The notes under the pieces: model-generated
Databases searched by the model: none
What the model saw: only the letters and a program-made list of their open reading frames with translations
What the model was told of the DNA's origin: nothing
Position numbers and translations under genes: made by a program
DNA from: a virus
Taxonomy: Duplodnaviria > Heunggongvirae > Uroviricota > Caudoviricetes
Reading direction: 5' to 3' (one strand)
Length of the DNA stretch: 42,163 bases
IMG/VR virus record: IMGVR_UViG_2728369608_000007
Shown: piece by piece, positions 1-9,215 of the stretch
Layout: each line of letters starts with the position of its first letter
Position numbering within the stretch: position 1 is the stretch's first letter

Positions 1-267
1 ATGCGCAGAAAAGAATCAAACGTTAGCAGTTTGCCGGAACTCACCAATTTTGAGGTAAGCTATTCCCTAGTTACCAATGAAGTTTACTTGTCTGCATCCT
101 TCACTGATAACATGGCCTGTATACCAAACTGGCCCTTACAAGAATTTCCGGATCAACTAATATGCATTTCTCGAGCAAAAGCTATTGCCCTAATCGAAGA
201 GCTCCAGAAGACCATCGACTATATGGACGCAGGAATCGATCGACAATCAGGTAGCCTGCTCCAGTAG
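1..267 (+). CDS. hypothetical protein (ORF begins at window edge; true 5' extent uncertain)
   Basis: 88-aa ORF in AT-rich DNA upstream of the 281-aa cargo ORF; no recognisable motif. Confidence 0.3.
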   Translation: MRRKESNVSSLPELTNFEVSYSLVTNEVYLSASFTDNMACIPNWPLQEFPDQLICISRAKAIALIEELQKTIDYMDAGIDRQSGSLLQ

Positions 268-568
268 CTGGCGAGTTTTATACTCGTTCCCTGCAACAAT
301 GGGCTTTTGGTAAGGCACTCACAAATAAGGAATTCGTTAAGGCTTTTGTTCTGGAGACTCTGAAAGATACAAGGAATCAGTTGATGGCTGGTTTGATCAT
401 ACTAATTAATATATTGTCAAACTCACAATATATTAATTAGTGGTAGAACATAAAACCGAGTTCTTGACTTTCAATAGCTATTATATGCGATCAACAACCT
501 TAACCATCTCCTTATATTTTATGAGATACTCAAACAATTTAAATTTATGAGCAAAGGAAAATAATAAA

Positions 569-1414
569 GTGAATAAAAATCCCTGGGATATTCCAGCATG
601 GCACGCTCTGGGCCGAGAAGCATCTTTAGTTACACAGCTCATTGGTTCTGGGGCAACAGCCATAGGTAAAGCCAATTATGCAGACAAAATAGGTGAATAT
701 TACACAGCATTTTTTGGGCTTTCTGTAGGTTTTGAGAGACTTGCTAAACTAATACTTGTTGCACACTATGCCATTGAACACAAAGGGAAAATGCCTGATG
801 AGAATATTGTAAGAAAATTTGGACATAAGCTCATTGAATTAACCAACGAGGTTGATAGTATTTCTAAAAAAATGCAACTATCTCTGAGATATTCACGTCC
901 TACACATAAAATTACCTACAAAATACTTGAATGTTTAGATTCCTTTGCTGATGCCCGACGGGGACGTTACGCAAATTTCTCCTCATTAAGCAGCCCCAAT
1001 TTAACCAATAATGAACCTATTAATAAATGGTGGGGAGAAGTAGCCGAGAGTATCCTTGAAAAACATTATTATTATACAGTTGAACAAAGACGTGTTGAAG
1101 AAAATGCTAGGTTTATCAATGCCACTCTTTCACCGTATACAACGGTCATGTATATGAATGAAAGTACCAACATTATGCAAGACCTTATATCAGCCTCCAT
1201 CCGTACTGGACAAAATACCATTGTTCAAAAGTGGGGAAGATTCTATTCTCTTAGCATCGCTCGTTGGCTTGCCACAGTATTAGCAGAACTGTCTGATATA
1301 GCTTCTCATAAATATGGAATAATTAGTTTTTATGGCCTTAGTGAACATTGTTGCAGTTATATAGTTGAAGATAGTTTTTTAAAAAACAGAAAAATATGGC
1401 CACTTCGCCAATAG
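569..1414 (+). CDS. hypothetical cargo protein (281 aa), family not recognised
   Basis: GTG start preceded by AAGGA about 10 nt upstream; long ORF in AT-rich DNA that abuts the truncated invertase; convergent with the invertase remnant. Confidence 0.6.
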   Translation: MNKNPWDIPAWHALGREASLVTQLIGSGATAIGKANYADKIGEYYTAFFGLSVGFERLAKLILVAHYAIEHKGKMPDENIVRKFGHKLIELTNEVDSISKKMQLSLRYSRPTHKITYKILECLDSFADARRGRYANFSSLSSPNLTNNEPINKWWGEVAESILEKHYYYTVEQRRVEENARFINATLSPYTTVMYMNESTNIMQDLISASIRTGQNTIVQKWGRFYSLSIARWLATVLAELSDIASHKYGIISFYGLSEHCCSYIVEDSFLKNRKIWPLRQ

Positions 1415-1418
1415 TTAA

Positions 1419-1769
1419 CTAGAAAATCTGCATAAGGGGGAGAAATCCCCCACCTGTAATAACATAACTACTAAAATTAACACCTTGTTCGCACAACTCC
1501 TCCACCAGCACGACAAGATGCCGCACACTGCGCCCCAGCCGATCCAGCTTCCAGACAACCAGAGTGTCACCTGCCGATAATGTCCTGAGCAGTTTTTTCA
1601 GTCCCGGCCTTTCGGACTTTGTACCGCTTATCTTGTCTTCAAAAAACAGCTCGCATCCTGCACAGTTCAGCGCATTACGTTGTAGATCTGTGTTCTGGTC
1701 ATTTGTTGACACACGTACATAGCCAATAAGCATAGTGGATCCCTCTGACAAAAGCAGGAATGATGCCAT
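1419..1769 (-). pseudogene. DNA invertase (Pin/Gin/Hin serine recombinase family), truncated after about 87 codons
   Basis: MLIGYVRVSTNDQNTDLQRNAL...DTLVVWKLDRLGRS...GVNF matches the invertase N-terminal catalytic domain; the downstream about 100 aa including the HTH are absent and replaced by 17 unrelated codons; homology ends near 1473. Confidence 0.85.
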
Positions 1770-2257
1770 TTGCTCGTTATTTCTGCATTTTCATAAACGT
1801 TGGTTTGGGAGAAGGTGCCCCAGCTATTGGCGTTCCGTTCTTCTGGCCGTCCGCTGCAATGCCAAATTCTGTCATCGACAGCTGGTCCGGTATGGTGTTT
1901 TTGAAGTTTAACGGGGCGAAATTTTCTGCCTCTGATTACCCTGTGCTGGCGAAAGTGTTTCCTTCGCTGGTATTACCTGAAGCCCGCGGTGATTTCATTC
2001 GTATCTGGGATGACGGGCGAGGTGCAGACGGTGGTCGCGAATTATTAAGCTGGCAGGCAGCTACAAACTTTTCTCAGTTTGCCGGGAATATAGGCGATGG
2101 TGCGGGCCACACAATTAATTTTCATGATGGTATCGCCGGAAATCAGCCAGGATTTTCACGATTTAATTTCACCAGTAACTCTGTGGGTGATGGTGTGAAT
2201 TTTGTTGCCGTCAGACCGCGAAATATTGCATTTAACTTTCTGGTGAGGGCTAAATGA
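1760..2257 (+). CDS. alternative tail-fibre C-terminal (variable) segment, silent orientation
   Basis: GVPFFWPS...YP.L...LP..RG.FIR.WDDGRG motif typical of Mu S / P1-type tail-fibre C-termini; reading frame begins at the crossover site. Confidence 0.7.
   Translation: MMPFARYFCIFINVGLGEGAPAIGVPFFWPSAAMPNSVIDSWSGMVFLKFNGAKFSASDYPVLAKVFPSLVLPEARGDFIRIWDDGRGADGGRELLSWQAATNFSQFAGNIGDGAGHTINFHDGIAGNQPGFSRFNFTSNSVGDGVNFVAVRPRNIAFNFLVRAK
1788..1813. other. gix/hix-like recombination crossover site (left end of invertible segment)
   Basis: TTTTCATAAACGTTGGTTTGGGAGAA; shares the core GGTTTGGGAGAA in inverted orientation with the site at 3610-3635 and resembles hix/gix 26-bp sites. Confidence 0.6.
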
Positions 2258-2850
2258 TGACCCCAATTTTTGATGAAAATGGACTGGCTACAGTGCCGGG
2301 CGATATGCGTTGTTTTTATTATGATGCTGAAACATCTGAGTATACGGGCTGGTCTGATGAATATATTAATACTGGCGTAAGTATGCCCGCCTGTTCCACT
2401 GGAATTAACCCTGGCGAAAACATTCCGGGAAAAGTGGCTGTATTTACAGGTAAGGGATGGAGCCATGAAGAGGACCATCGCAATGAGACTGTTTACTCAA
2501 TCGAAAATGGCGCAGCTGTTACAGTGGATTATATCGGTGCCATCAAAGATGGTTATGTCACGCTTTCACCGTTAACGCCATACGATAAATGGGATGGTGA
2601 GAAATGGGTGACGGATACCGAGGCACAGCATAGCGCCGCAGTAGACGCGTCAGAAGCACAGCGCCAGTCACTGATTGATGCAGCAATGGCTTCCATTAGT
2701 CTGATTCAGCTGAAATTACAAGCCGGGCGGAAACTGACGCAGGCAGAAACAACCCGGCTTAACGCTGTGCTGGATTACATTGACGCGGTGACGGCAACAG
2801 ATACCAGCACCGCGCCGGATGTCATCTGGCCTGAACTGCCGGAGGCGTAG
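2254..2850 (+). CDS. tail fibre assembly protein (alternate copy, U'-like)
   Basis: Tfa-like sequence; convergent with and overlapping the 3' end of the expressed tfa gene, as in G-segment cassettes. Confidence 0.8.
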   Translation: MMTPIFDENGLATVPGDMRCFYYDAETSEYTGWSDEYINTGVSMPACSTGINPGENIPGKVAVFTGKGWSHEEDHRNETVYSIENGAAVTVDYIGAIKDGYVTLSPLTPYDKWDGEKWVTDTEAQHSAAVDASEAQRQSLIDAAMASISLIQLKLQAGRKLTQAETTRLNAVLDYIDAVTATDTSTAPDVIWPELPEA

Positions 2851-3262
2851 GCCATTCAATATCTGGCGCACCGGAAGTATCGACCAGTTCCAGTGCGTCC
2901 AGATAATCCAGCCACAAATTATATTGCACCAGTTCCTCACCTTTCAGGCGACCAATCGCCGCTTTACCAGGCCATTGCTTACTGTTTATGTATTCGTTGA
3001 CCTGATTAATCAATTGCTGCTTTTTCAGTTCGGCTGCGGCAATTTGTTCCTCATGAGTTGGCGGTGGAATATCAATCCATGCAGGCATTCCGTCGATGAC
3101 ACCTCTGTATTTTCCTTCTGGTGCTTCCTTCATAAATTCGGCAGCAACAGTGTCGTCAATTTCGATTCCATCATCGGGCCATTCGCCGGATTCCTGATAA
3201 GCGATTTTAAGCTCCACAGGGAAAAACGCATTTTTATCGGCACTGAAAATATATTTCTGCAT
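2822..3262 (-). CDS. tail fibre assembly protein (expressed orientation)
   Basis: 146-aa Tfa-like protein directly downstream of the tail-fibre gene. Confidence 0.8.
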   Translation of the reverse strand: MQKYIFSADKNAFFPVELKIAYQESGEWPDDGIEIDDTVAAEFMKEAPEGKYRGVIDGMPAWIDIPPPTHEEQIAAAELKKQQLINQVNEYINSKQWPGKAAIGRLKGEELVQYNLWLDYLDALELVDTSGAPDIEWPTPPAVQAR

Positions 3263-3264
3263 TT

Positions 3265-3978
3265 CTACCGTCCTATCGAAATATAACTGAATCTGTATTG
3301 CTGTGAGATATCACTGGTTGCCACACGCCACGCTGAATTACTGATATGTTCAAAATTTACAGACAAAACCTGCGGGGCAGGATTCGACGGGTCTGACTGA
3401 ACGGCATCAGACATAACACTGACTGAAATCATCGGCTGATTAGGGAATGGTATAGGGAAGTGTCCACTGATAAAGCGGGTCGTGTTTCCTGAAAAAGTGC
3501 CAAACTGAACAATATATCCACCTGGTAGCCTGAACCATCCCGAACCAGAAGCGAATGCTCCCATATCCGGTATCTGATTATCTCCTGTGCCCACATTCCG
3601 TTTTGCCGCTTCTCCCAAACCAAGGTTTTCGAGAGCTGTTTTCACCGTGCCGTCCGATTTGATATCGCCAAACGGATTCTTGCGGCTCAGGTATTCAACA
3701 GCAAACCCCGATCCCAGCAATTCAACAAAACCGGGCAGATCACCATTATCAAGCACATCCCGTTGCGTTTTATCACTTACAAACTGGGCCAGAGCTGCAG
3801 CAATAAAGCTGGCCTGCCGAATAACCTTATTGACTTGCGCACTGGAGGCTTTCCCTGCTGTAAATCCAGATAAAAGCGCGGGCAACGCTTCCCATTCCTC
3901 CTGCGATATAACATTGGCATTTCGATCCGTTGCAAACGCTTTAAAGTCATTTTTCGCCATCAGAGTAATACTCCCCAT
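3265..3978 (-). CDS. tail fibre protein (constant N-terminal part plus currently joined variable C-terminal part)
   Basis: 237-aa ORF; crossover site lies inside it at 3610-3635 (codons for [10 protein letters not shown]). Confidence 0.8.
   Translation of the reverse strand: MGSITLMAKNDFKAFATDRNANVISQEEWEALPALLSGFTAGKASSAQVNKVIRQASFIAAALAQFVSDKTQRDVLDNGDLPGFVELLGSGFAVEYLSRKNPFGDIKSDGTVKTALENLGLGEAAKRNVGTGDNQIPDMGAFASGSGWFRLPGGYIVQFGTFSGNTTRFISGHFPIPFPNQPMISVSVMSDAVQSDPSNPAPQVLSVNFEHISNSAWRVATSDISQQYRFSYISIGR
3610..3635. other. gix/hix-like recombination crossover site (right end of invertible segment)
   Basis: TTCTCCCAAACCAAGGTTTTCGAGAG, inverted relative to the site at 1788-1813. Confidence 0.6.
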
Positions 3979-4640
3979 GCTCCTACATCAAAACCACTGA
4001 TGAATTCGTTATCCATATCAAAACCAAAAAATTTTGAGCCTTCCGATGGGGTTTCCACCGAAGGTGTTTCAATGCCACCCGCCCATACCCCGGCGGCTTT
4101 TACTGTGAGATACCCCTGTTTAATTGCCGCAATTAACTCACGCGATACATCTGAAATATCAGTATCAGGAAAGACCCAGACCGATATCGTCATGTCCTGG
4201 TTATCGACTATCTGCATTCGCAGCCCGGATCCTGCTGTTGCCGCGTCAAGAATTGCCGGAAGCGAATCATTCCGTCCGTCCCAGTTATTAATCGCAATCT
4301 TCGCTTTAAGAATGACACGATAAGTTTCATCGCTGAGATACATGTATCCTGAATCAGGATCGTATGGTCCCTGCCATACCCCCTGATCATATCCAAGCCC
4401 GTCGGTATCCCAGCTGAAATAGACACCTGAGATAGGCTGGCTGACAACACGGCTACGTCCGATCCACAATCCAAGGATGTCAAGTTGCACACCAACCGCA
4501 GAGTCAATATCAAATGCACTAATCAGCCCTCTGGTGGCAGCCGCAACATCAATAAGTGGCCGGGTCATCAGATCAACATGCGCAAGAAATTTAGGTTTGG
4601 TGGCGTGGTAGTTCGTGATTAGTTCGGTGTATTTGCTCAT
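3960..4640 (-). CDS. putative tail/baseplate protein (gpI-like position)
   Basis: 226-aa ORF between the baseplate J-like gene and the tail fibre; overlapping stops/starts typical of a tail operon. Confidence 0.6.
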   Translation of the reverse strand: MSKYTELITNYHATKPKFLAHVDLMTRPLIDVAAATRGLISAFDIDSAVGVQLDILGLWIGRSRVVSQPISGVYFSWDTDGLGYDQGVWQGPYDPDSGYMYLSDETYRVILKAKIAINNWDGRNDSLPAILDAATAGSGLRMQIVDNQDMTISVWVFPDTDISDVSRELIAAIKQGYLTVKAAGVWAGGIETPSVETPSEGSKFFGFDMDNEFISGFDVGAWGVLL

Positions 4641-5836
4641 GACTCCACCGTTATAACGATATTTTTCGGGGTACAGGACGCAGATTCGTTGTATCTGATA
4701 TCAATGTTTGATGACGACAAAGCCCCCGGGGATTTCCCAATCGTCAGTTCCTGAATATCGTAATAGCGTGCATTCCCGCCACTCACCACGCCAAGATTCG
4801 CCGGTGAGTAAATGCGACTTAAAAGGACCGAATCACCAATCATCAGACTATTGATATAGTCGGAAATAGCCTGCTGGATCTGCTGCCCTATCTGTGAGGT
4901 ATAACCCGTAAAAACTTTTAATTTAATCAGGGCATAAACAGGCACATCACTGGAACGCGAGAATTTGATTACATGGGGATTGCCGTATTTATCCGGAACC
5001 GTAACGGATGTTGTACCGTGAGTGGCTGTCCCCTGGCCTTTATTCCCTCTGATAGCCTGAGCAATATCCGTTACATCACCGCCATCCACAATTACAGCAA
5101 CAGAGTGTGGCGGTAACCCGTTACCGTCCTCCGAACCAGTATCGTTTTCATAGAGTTTGTGGCGGGTTACACCGGTAACATTAGAAACAGCACCATCCAG
5201 TGCTTCAAATGGGGTTATTGATGGCAACGCAACACTTTGCGACTGGCGGATACGTAACTCAGCGTCAGTTTCTGCCGGAGTGCCCACAGTGGCTGCAGCA
5301 GGATTGGTTACCGAAACCCAGCCACGGGTTGGCGTATTAATTTCAGTGATAGTTCCAGCCAGCGCCGCCACTGCACCACTGACGGAACATGTTGCGGTCA
5401 CCATCACTGTACCATCCACGCCTACCACCACTGAAGCAGGCAAACGCCATATCACATTATTACTGTCTTTCACGCTGCCATTAATGATGGTTGTTCCGGC
5501 AGTTCCTGTAAGAAGCAAATCAACCGTAGAGTTCGTCGCGCCTTTACGTGAAATACCATTTATTTTCACGTTACAGGTCAGTGCAGCCCCATAGCCGGTT
5601 GCCGGTGAAAAACAGTTGTAGACAGTTATCGCAGTATTATTGGCATCATGAATCGCCAGCGCCATCAGAGCCACCATCTGGCCGTCTTTGCTGTCCGGTT
5701 CGAGGTAGGCATCACTGCCATAAATCTGCTGAAAATAGCTAATCAGGGTGCTGAGTATCGTCTGATAATCAGGCGCACTGATCCCCTCCGCGGTTACCTT
5801 TGCAGATAAACCGAGAGAATCAAGGTTCAGAGCCAT
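4637..5836 (-). CDS. baseplate J-like protein
   Basis: 399-aa protein with the composition and position of baseplate J family proteins. Confidence 0.75.
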   Translation of the reverse strand: MALNLDSLGLSAKVTAEGISAPDYQTILSTLISYFQQIYGSDAYLEPDSKDGQMVALMALAIHDANNTAITVYNCFSPATGYGAALTCNVKINGISRKGATNSTVDLLLTGTAGTTIINGSVKDSNNVIWRLPASVVVGVDGTVMVTATCSVSGAVAALAGTITEINTPTRGWVSVTNPAAATVGTPAETDAELRIRQSQSVALPSITPFEALDGAVSNVTGVTRHKLYENDTGSEDGNGLPPHSVAVIVDGGDVTDIAQAIRGNKGQGTATHGTTSVTVPDKYGNPHVIKFSRSSDVPVYALIKLKVFTGYTSQIGQQIQQAISDYINSLMIGDSVLLSRIYSPANLGVVSGGNARYYDIQELTIGKSPGALSSSNIDIRYNESASCTPKNIVITVES

Positions 5837-6189
5837 TACGCCTCCGATGTAACAGTCGTTATTCCATAAAGAGTGTCGATTTCAGCGGAAAACATGACAC
5901 GTCGGGTCGTGGTATCCAGCGTCGTATTGAAAGAGAGGATTGATTTAACGCCCTGCGTTTCGAGGATGCGCTTACGGATCGCCAGGTTGTAGGTTTCCGG
6001 CTTCTGCTTACCGAGTACGGACTGGATCCACGGAGTCCCCTCGGTGGTGTCGAGAAACCATTGCCCATACCACAATTCGAATCGCGTTTTTACCGCCTGC
6101 GCCACGGCCTCCGGTGAGTTAATCAGCCAGGTGTCATCACCGCTGCCAAAGGTGTAATCGCCATCGGCGTCTTCACGTCTGTATCGCAT
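5836..6189 (-). CDS. baseplate wedge protein (W/gp25-like position)
   Basis: 117-aa ORF translationally coupled between the V-like and J-like genes. Confidence 0.55.
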   Translation of the reverse strand: MRYRREDADGDYTFGSGDDTWLINSPEAVAQAVKTRFELWYGQWFLDTTEGTPWIQSVLGKQKPETYNLAIRKRILETQGVKSILSFNTTLDTTTRRVMFSAEIDTLYGITTVTSEA

Positions 6190-6941
6190 CAGTTTACCCC
6201 GTCGGTACTGCTTCCACCGCGCTGAACACCACCATGAGTGTGCGTATCATCGATTGGCTTGCCGTTAGCCTTCACGCTCCCCAAAAACTCAACAGCACCA
6301 GTGATTTTTGAAGCCACACCAGAAACCACAGACCCCACCATGCCCCCCATCCAGGTTAACAGGCCATGAATGGTTACTTTCTCAGAAAAATCAGCCAGGG
6401 GGGCAACCACATCAAGCCCCCCCGGAGCGACAATTTTAATTTTCCTGGTATCAGGATTAAGCTCAAAATAGGTGCTGCCGTCGTCACTACGCAACTGTGT
6501 GGCACTGGTATTAATACCGCTAATCTTCCTAGCCTGCGACTGGGGACCGACAATACAAAACGCATCCGATAAATCATGCATTCTGTCATCAACCGTCTCC
6601 TGTATCCCGCCGCTCTGCCACCAGAAATCAATACAACGATCGGCAAAAACGACAAGACACTCATCCCCAGCTTTTACCGGAAAAGTCAACGTACAGCCTC
6701 CGCCGCGCGGGAATACCACTGGCACATCCACCAGCAATGGGTAATTTTTGGTAATGCGGTTACCGTCGTTATCCTTTTCAACTGACCGGATAGCTGGCTG
6801 CACAACCGCCGTCACCGCGTCAGGATCGAATGACTGAATAATGCCAGGCAAGGCGACACGGATCTGGTTCTTTGTTGTTTCCCGTTCAGATTTAAATGTT
6901 TCGGCAAGATCGCCACTGCGGGTCTGGTCAGTTACTGCCAT
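6189..6941 (-). CDS. baseplate spike / assembly protein V-like
   Basis: 250-aa protein, Gly-rich C-terminus, position upstream of W/J. Confidence 0.65.
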   Translation of the reverse strand: MAVTDQTRSGDLAETFKSERETTKNQIRVALPGIIQSFDPDAVTAVVQPAIRSVEKDNDGNRITKNYPLLVDVPVVFPRGGGCTLTFPVKAGDECLVVFADRCIDFWWQSGGIQETVDDRMHDLSDAFCIVGPQSQARKISGINTSATQLRSDDGSTYFELNPDTRKIKIVAPGGLDVVAPLADFSEKVTIHGLLTWMGGMVGSVVSGVASKITGAVEFLGSVKANGKPIDDTHTHGGVQRGGSSTDGVN

Positions 6942-7001
6942 TGGTAGGCTCCAAAAAGCAAAAAACCCGCCGGGTGGCAGGTTTTATCTCATGAAGAATG
7001 A

Positions 7002-7514
7002 CTATCGGTGGATAGTATTAAAGTATTCAGAAAGCTGATTATCAGTTATCAAACACAACTGCATCAAATAAATAGAGTATTTCAATAACTTTTCATCACG
7101 AACGGGGGCGGGACGTAAATACTTCCCGCCGTGAAAGAGATTATTTCTTATATACGGGATCTGCTTTAATGCTTCAGCAAGAGAATGAGGTTCGATTGGA
7201 GGTTTATCCTCCCACGAAAAATCATGCCTCTGCTGCTTCACAGGTTGCTGACATAGATACTCAACTGCCCTATCGACATTTCTATTTCCAGTAGGATATA
7301 AAGGCCGCGTATCATCAGTAGCGTAGCGGCTCCAGTCAGCACCGATTAGATAATTTCTACGATCAGTTTTTTTGAAATTAATTCTTTTTAACGCATATTC
7401 GAAACGCGAAAAATAATTAAAAAACCTTATAACAAGAGTAATATCAATTCCGCCGAGAAGTTCCTGAAAGTCAGGGTCTTGAAATGAATTCAAAGGATCA
7501 TCATCAACTGTCAC
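7002..7514 (-). CDS. hypothetical protein with RNxxxH (HEPN-like) motif; moron inside the tail operon
   Basis: 170-aa ORF in visibly AT-rich DNA; motif IRNNLFHGG; GC-rich stretch plus T-run immediately downstream of the stop. Confidence 0.6.
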   Translation of the reverse strand: MTVDDDPLNSFQDPDFQELLGGIDITLVIRFFNYFSRFEYALKRINFKKTDRRNYLIGADWSRYATDDTRPLYPTGNRNVDRAVEYLCQQPVKQQRHDFSWEDKPPIEPHSLAEALKQIPYIRNNLFHGGKYLRPAPVRDEKLLKYSIYLMQLCLITDNQLSEYFNTIHR

Positions 7515-7846
7515 TTGCTGCTCACTTTTTTACACGGGAAAGATCCAATGATTTTCGGCGCGTCCATGCTGTTCTGCAGCAGCTGGACGTTCAGGAAAGC
7601 TTTTCCGTTACGTTTCACAAACTCAAAGCCGTAATTGTTACCATCACGGGAAGGCATCAGGCCCATGTCCATTTTCATGTTTGAATAGTCACCATCTTTT
7701 CCCAGAAATTTTATCTTCTGTGATGTGACAGTTTCACCGTTAATAACAGTCATTCCGTCACCGGTCATCGTGTAGTTGCCGCACTGAATTGCAGCCATCG
7801 CCGGAGCAGTAACCATCATAACTAACGCCAAACATAACCGTTTCAT
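7511..7846 (-). CDS. small secreted protein (signal peptide, two Cys); moron
   Basis: N-terminal MKRLCLALVMMVTAPAMA signal-peptide-like segment; 4-nt overlap with the downstream ORF. Confidence 0.6.
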   Translation of the reverse strand: MKRLCLALVMMVTAPAMAAIQCGNYTMTGDGMTVINGETVTSQKIKFLGKDGDYSNMKMDMGLMPSRDGNNYGFEFVKRNGKAFLNVQLLQNSMDAPKIIGSFPCKKVSSK

Positions 7847-8910
7847 TAAAGCCCTCTTTCCCTCGCTGATGAGGAAACAAGATCCGCCGCGCCACGCGCT
7901 TCACACATCATATCCATGTACCACGCCTGGCCCCTTGTGTCGCCAGTGTACATAATCCCGCGCACAATATAAACGCCATCCGTTGCGATGCTGGCAGGCT
8001 GCGATGTGGTGCCGCTGAGCGTGATATTTCCGTCCGTGTTCTGGTCGGTGATCTGACCACCAGCCATCGCAATATCGTTGTTCGACAACGCGGTACGATA
8101 GACGGAAGCCTGATCCAGCTGAATGAGCCCGTTAACCCGGATGTTCGGATTAATAAGCGCGCGGACGTTTACGCCGTTACCGATAGTCTGCTGCGGCATT
8201 CCAATAAGCCCGGTAGCGCTGTTGAGCACAATCGCTTCGTGAACATATTCGTTATTCACCACCATCTGGCGCTGACCGTCCACGAATTGCCATGTTGCGC
8301 CACATTGTCCGGCTACGTTATCCATTAGATGCCGCGTCATGCCAAAGAGTACCCGCCCCCGGGGGAATACAGTAGCAGGCATTTCAGGCGTCAGGCCTTC
8401 GGTCGCGCCTTTGGCTTCGAAGTCTTTCATCAGCGCACGGTTCACATCAGCGACCGTGTAACCGGCAGCCAGCGTCTGTGAGGTTATACTGGTAGCAAAA
8501 GCCAGATCAGTATCTGCTGCCTGAATCAGGACGTAGGTATCAACCGGACTGTCTTTTCCTGTGACCGAGTAGCGAATTTCACCGCTGAAAATCAGTCCGT
8601 AGTTGCGGCCATCTCTCTGGCCCACGTCCGCCGCGTCAACTTCCCGCACGGTCCCTACGTCGCTTGCTGACACCTCCGGCGCGATACCGTCGTAACCGGC
8701 AATCAGACGCACTTTCGAAAACTCCTGCCCGGTAATTCGGTTCACAGTATCTGCCGAGAGGTTATAAATTTTGATAGTCCCTACCCGGGACGCGCTGCTG
8801 ATGTTGAACCAGTCGATCGTAAAGGTGACTTTGAAATCACTTAGCTCAATTCCCTGACCGTTCCCGTCCACAAGCTGCAGCTCGAAATGTCTCATCCAGT
8901 TCTGTGACAT
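7846..8910 (-). CDS. putative baseplate hub / tail protein
   Basis: 354-aa ORF in the tail operon between tape-measure-proximal genes and the baseplate genes. Confidence 0.55.
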   Translation of the reverse strand: MSQNWMRHFELQLVDGNGQGIELSDFKVTFTIDWFNISSASRVGTIKIYNLSADTVNRITGQEFSKVRLIAGYDGIAPEVSASDVGTVREVDAADVGQRDGRNYGLIFSGEIRYSVTGKDSPVDTYVLIQAADTDLAFATSITSQTLAAGYTVADVNRALMKDFEAKGATEGLTPEMPATVFPRGRVLFGMTRHLMDNVAGQCGATWQFVDGQRQMVVNNEYVHEAIVLNSATGLIGMPQQTIGNGVNVRALINPNIRVNGLIQLDQASVYRTALSNNDIAMAGGQITDQNTDGNITLSGTTSQPASIATDGVYIVRGIMYTGDTRGQAWYMDMMCEARGAADLVSSSARERGL

Positions 8911-8912
8911 GC

Positions 8913-9215
8913 TTACTCCGTTGATACCAGTAAATGGCTGCGACCGCCCAGGTCAGTTTTTGTGGGGTAATCCTGTGTGTTGTCATCACAGACCACCACC
9001 AGCTTAAAACCAAGCCCCATACAGGCGTACTGCGCCAGCAGGTCAGCACCAGTGACGAGAGGAATACCGGAGATTACCGGCTCCCCTCTGTCGTTCTGCA
9101 GGTCCATAATCCAGTACAGATCGCGCCATATGATGCTAATCCGCCAGGTGACACCACCCAGGACGATGCTGAACTGCTGGTTGTCCGCTGTCAGCGGAAT
9201 TTCCTGAATTGTCAT
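8913..9215 (-). CDS. tail protein (small)
   Basis: 100-aa ORF tightly packed in the tail operon. Confidence 0.5.
   Translation of the reverse strand: MTIQEIPLTADNQQFSIVLGGVTWRISIIWRDLYWIMDLQNDRGEPVISGIPLVTGADLLAQYACMGLGFKLVVVCDDNTQDYPTKTDLGGRSHLLVSTE

Noticed and set aside
1-1472. Insertion sequence or transposon as the agent that disrupted the invertase
   Set aside because: No transposase-like ORF or terminal inverted repeats visible in the available sequence; only a short hairpin at the junction. The element may extend beyond the window start, so this remains open rather than supported.
1419-1769. Functional DNA invertase
   Set aside because: Only the N-terminal about 87 residues are homologous; the remainder of the catalytic domain and the DNA-binding HTH are missing, so called as a truncated pseudogene.
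5157-5594. Plus-strand ORFs embedded antisense in structural genes (for example 5157-5594, 17544-18245, 19449-19892, 21941-22345, 34937-35500 minus)
   Set aside because: Antisense to long, confidently assigned genes with motif support, and lacking their own RBS/promoter context; treated as spurious frames in GC-rich coding DNA.
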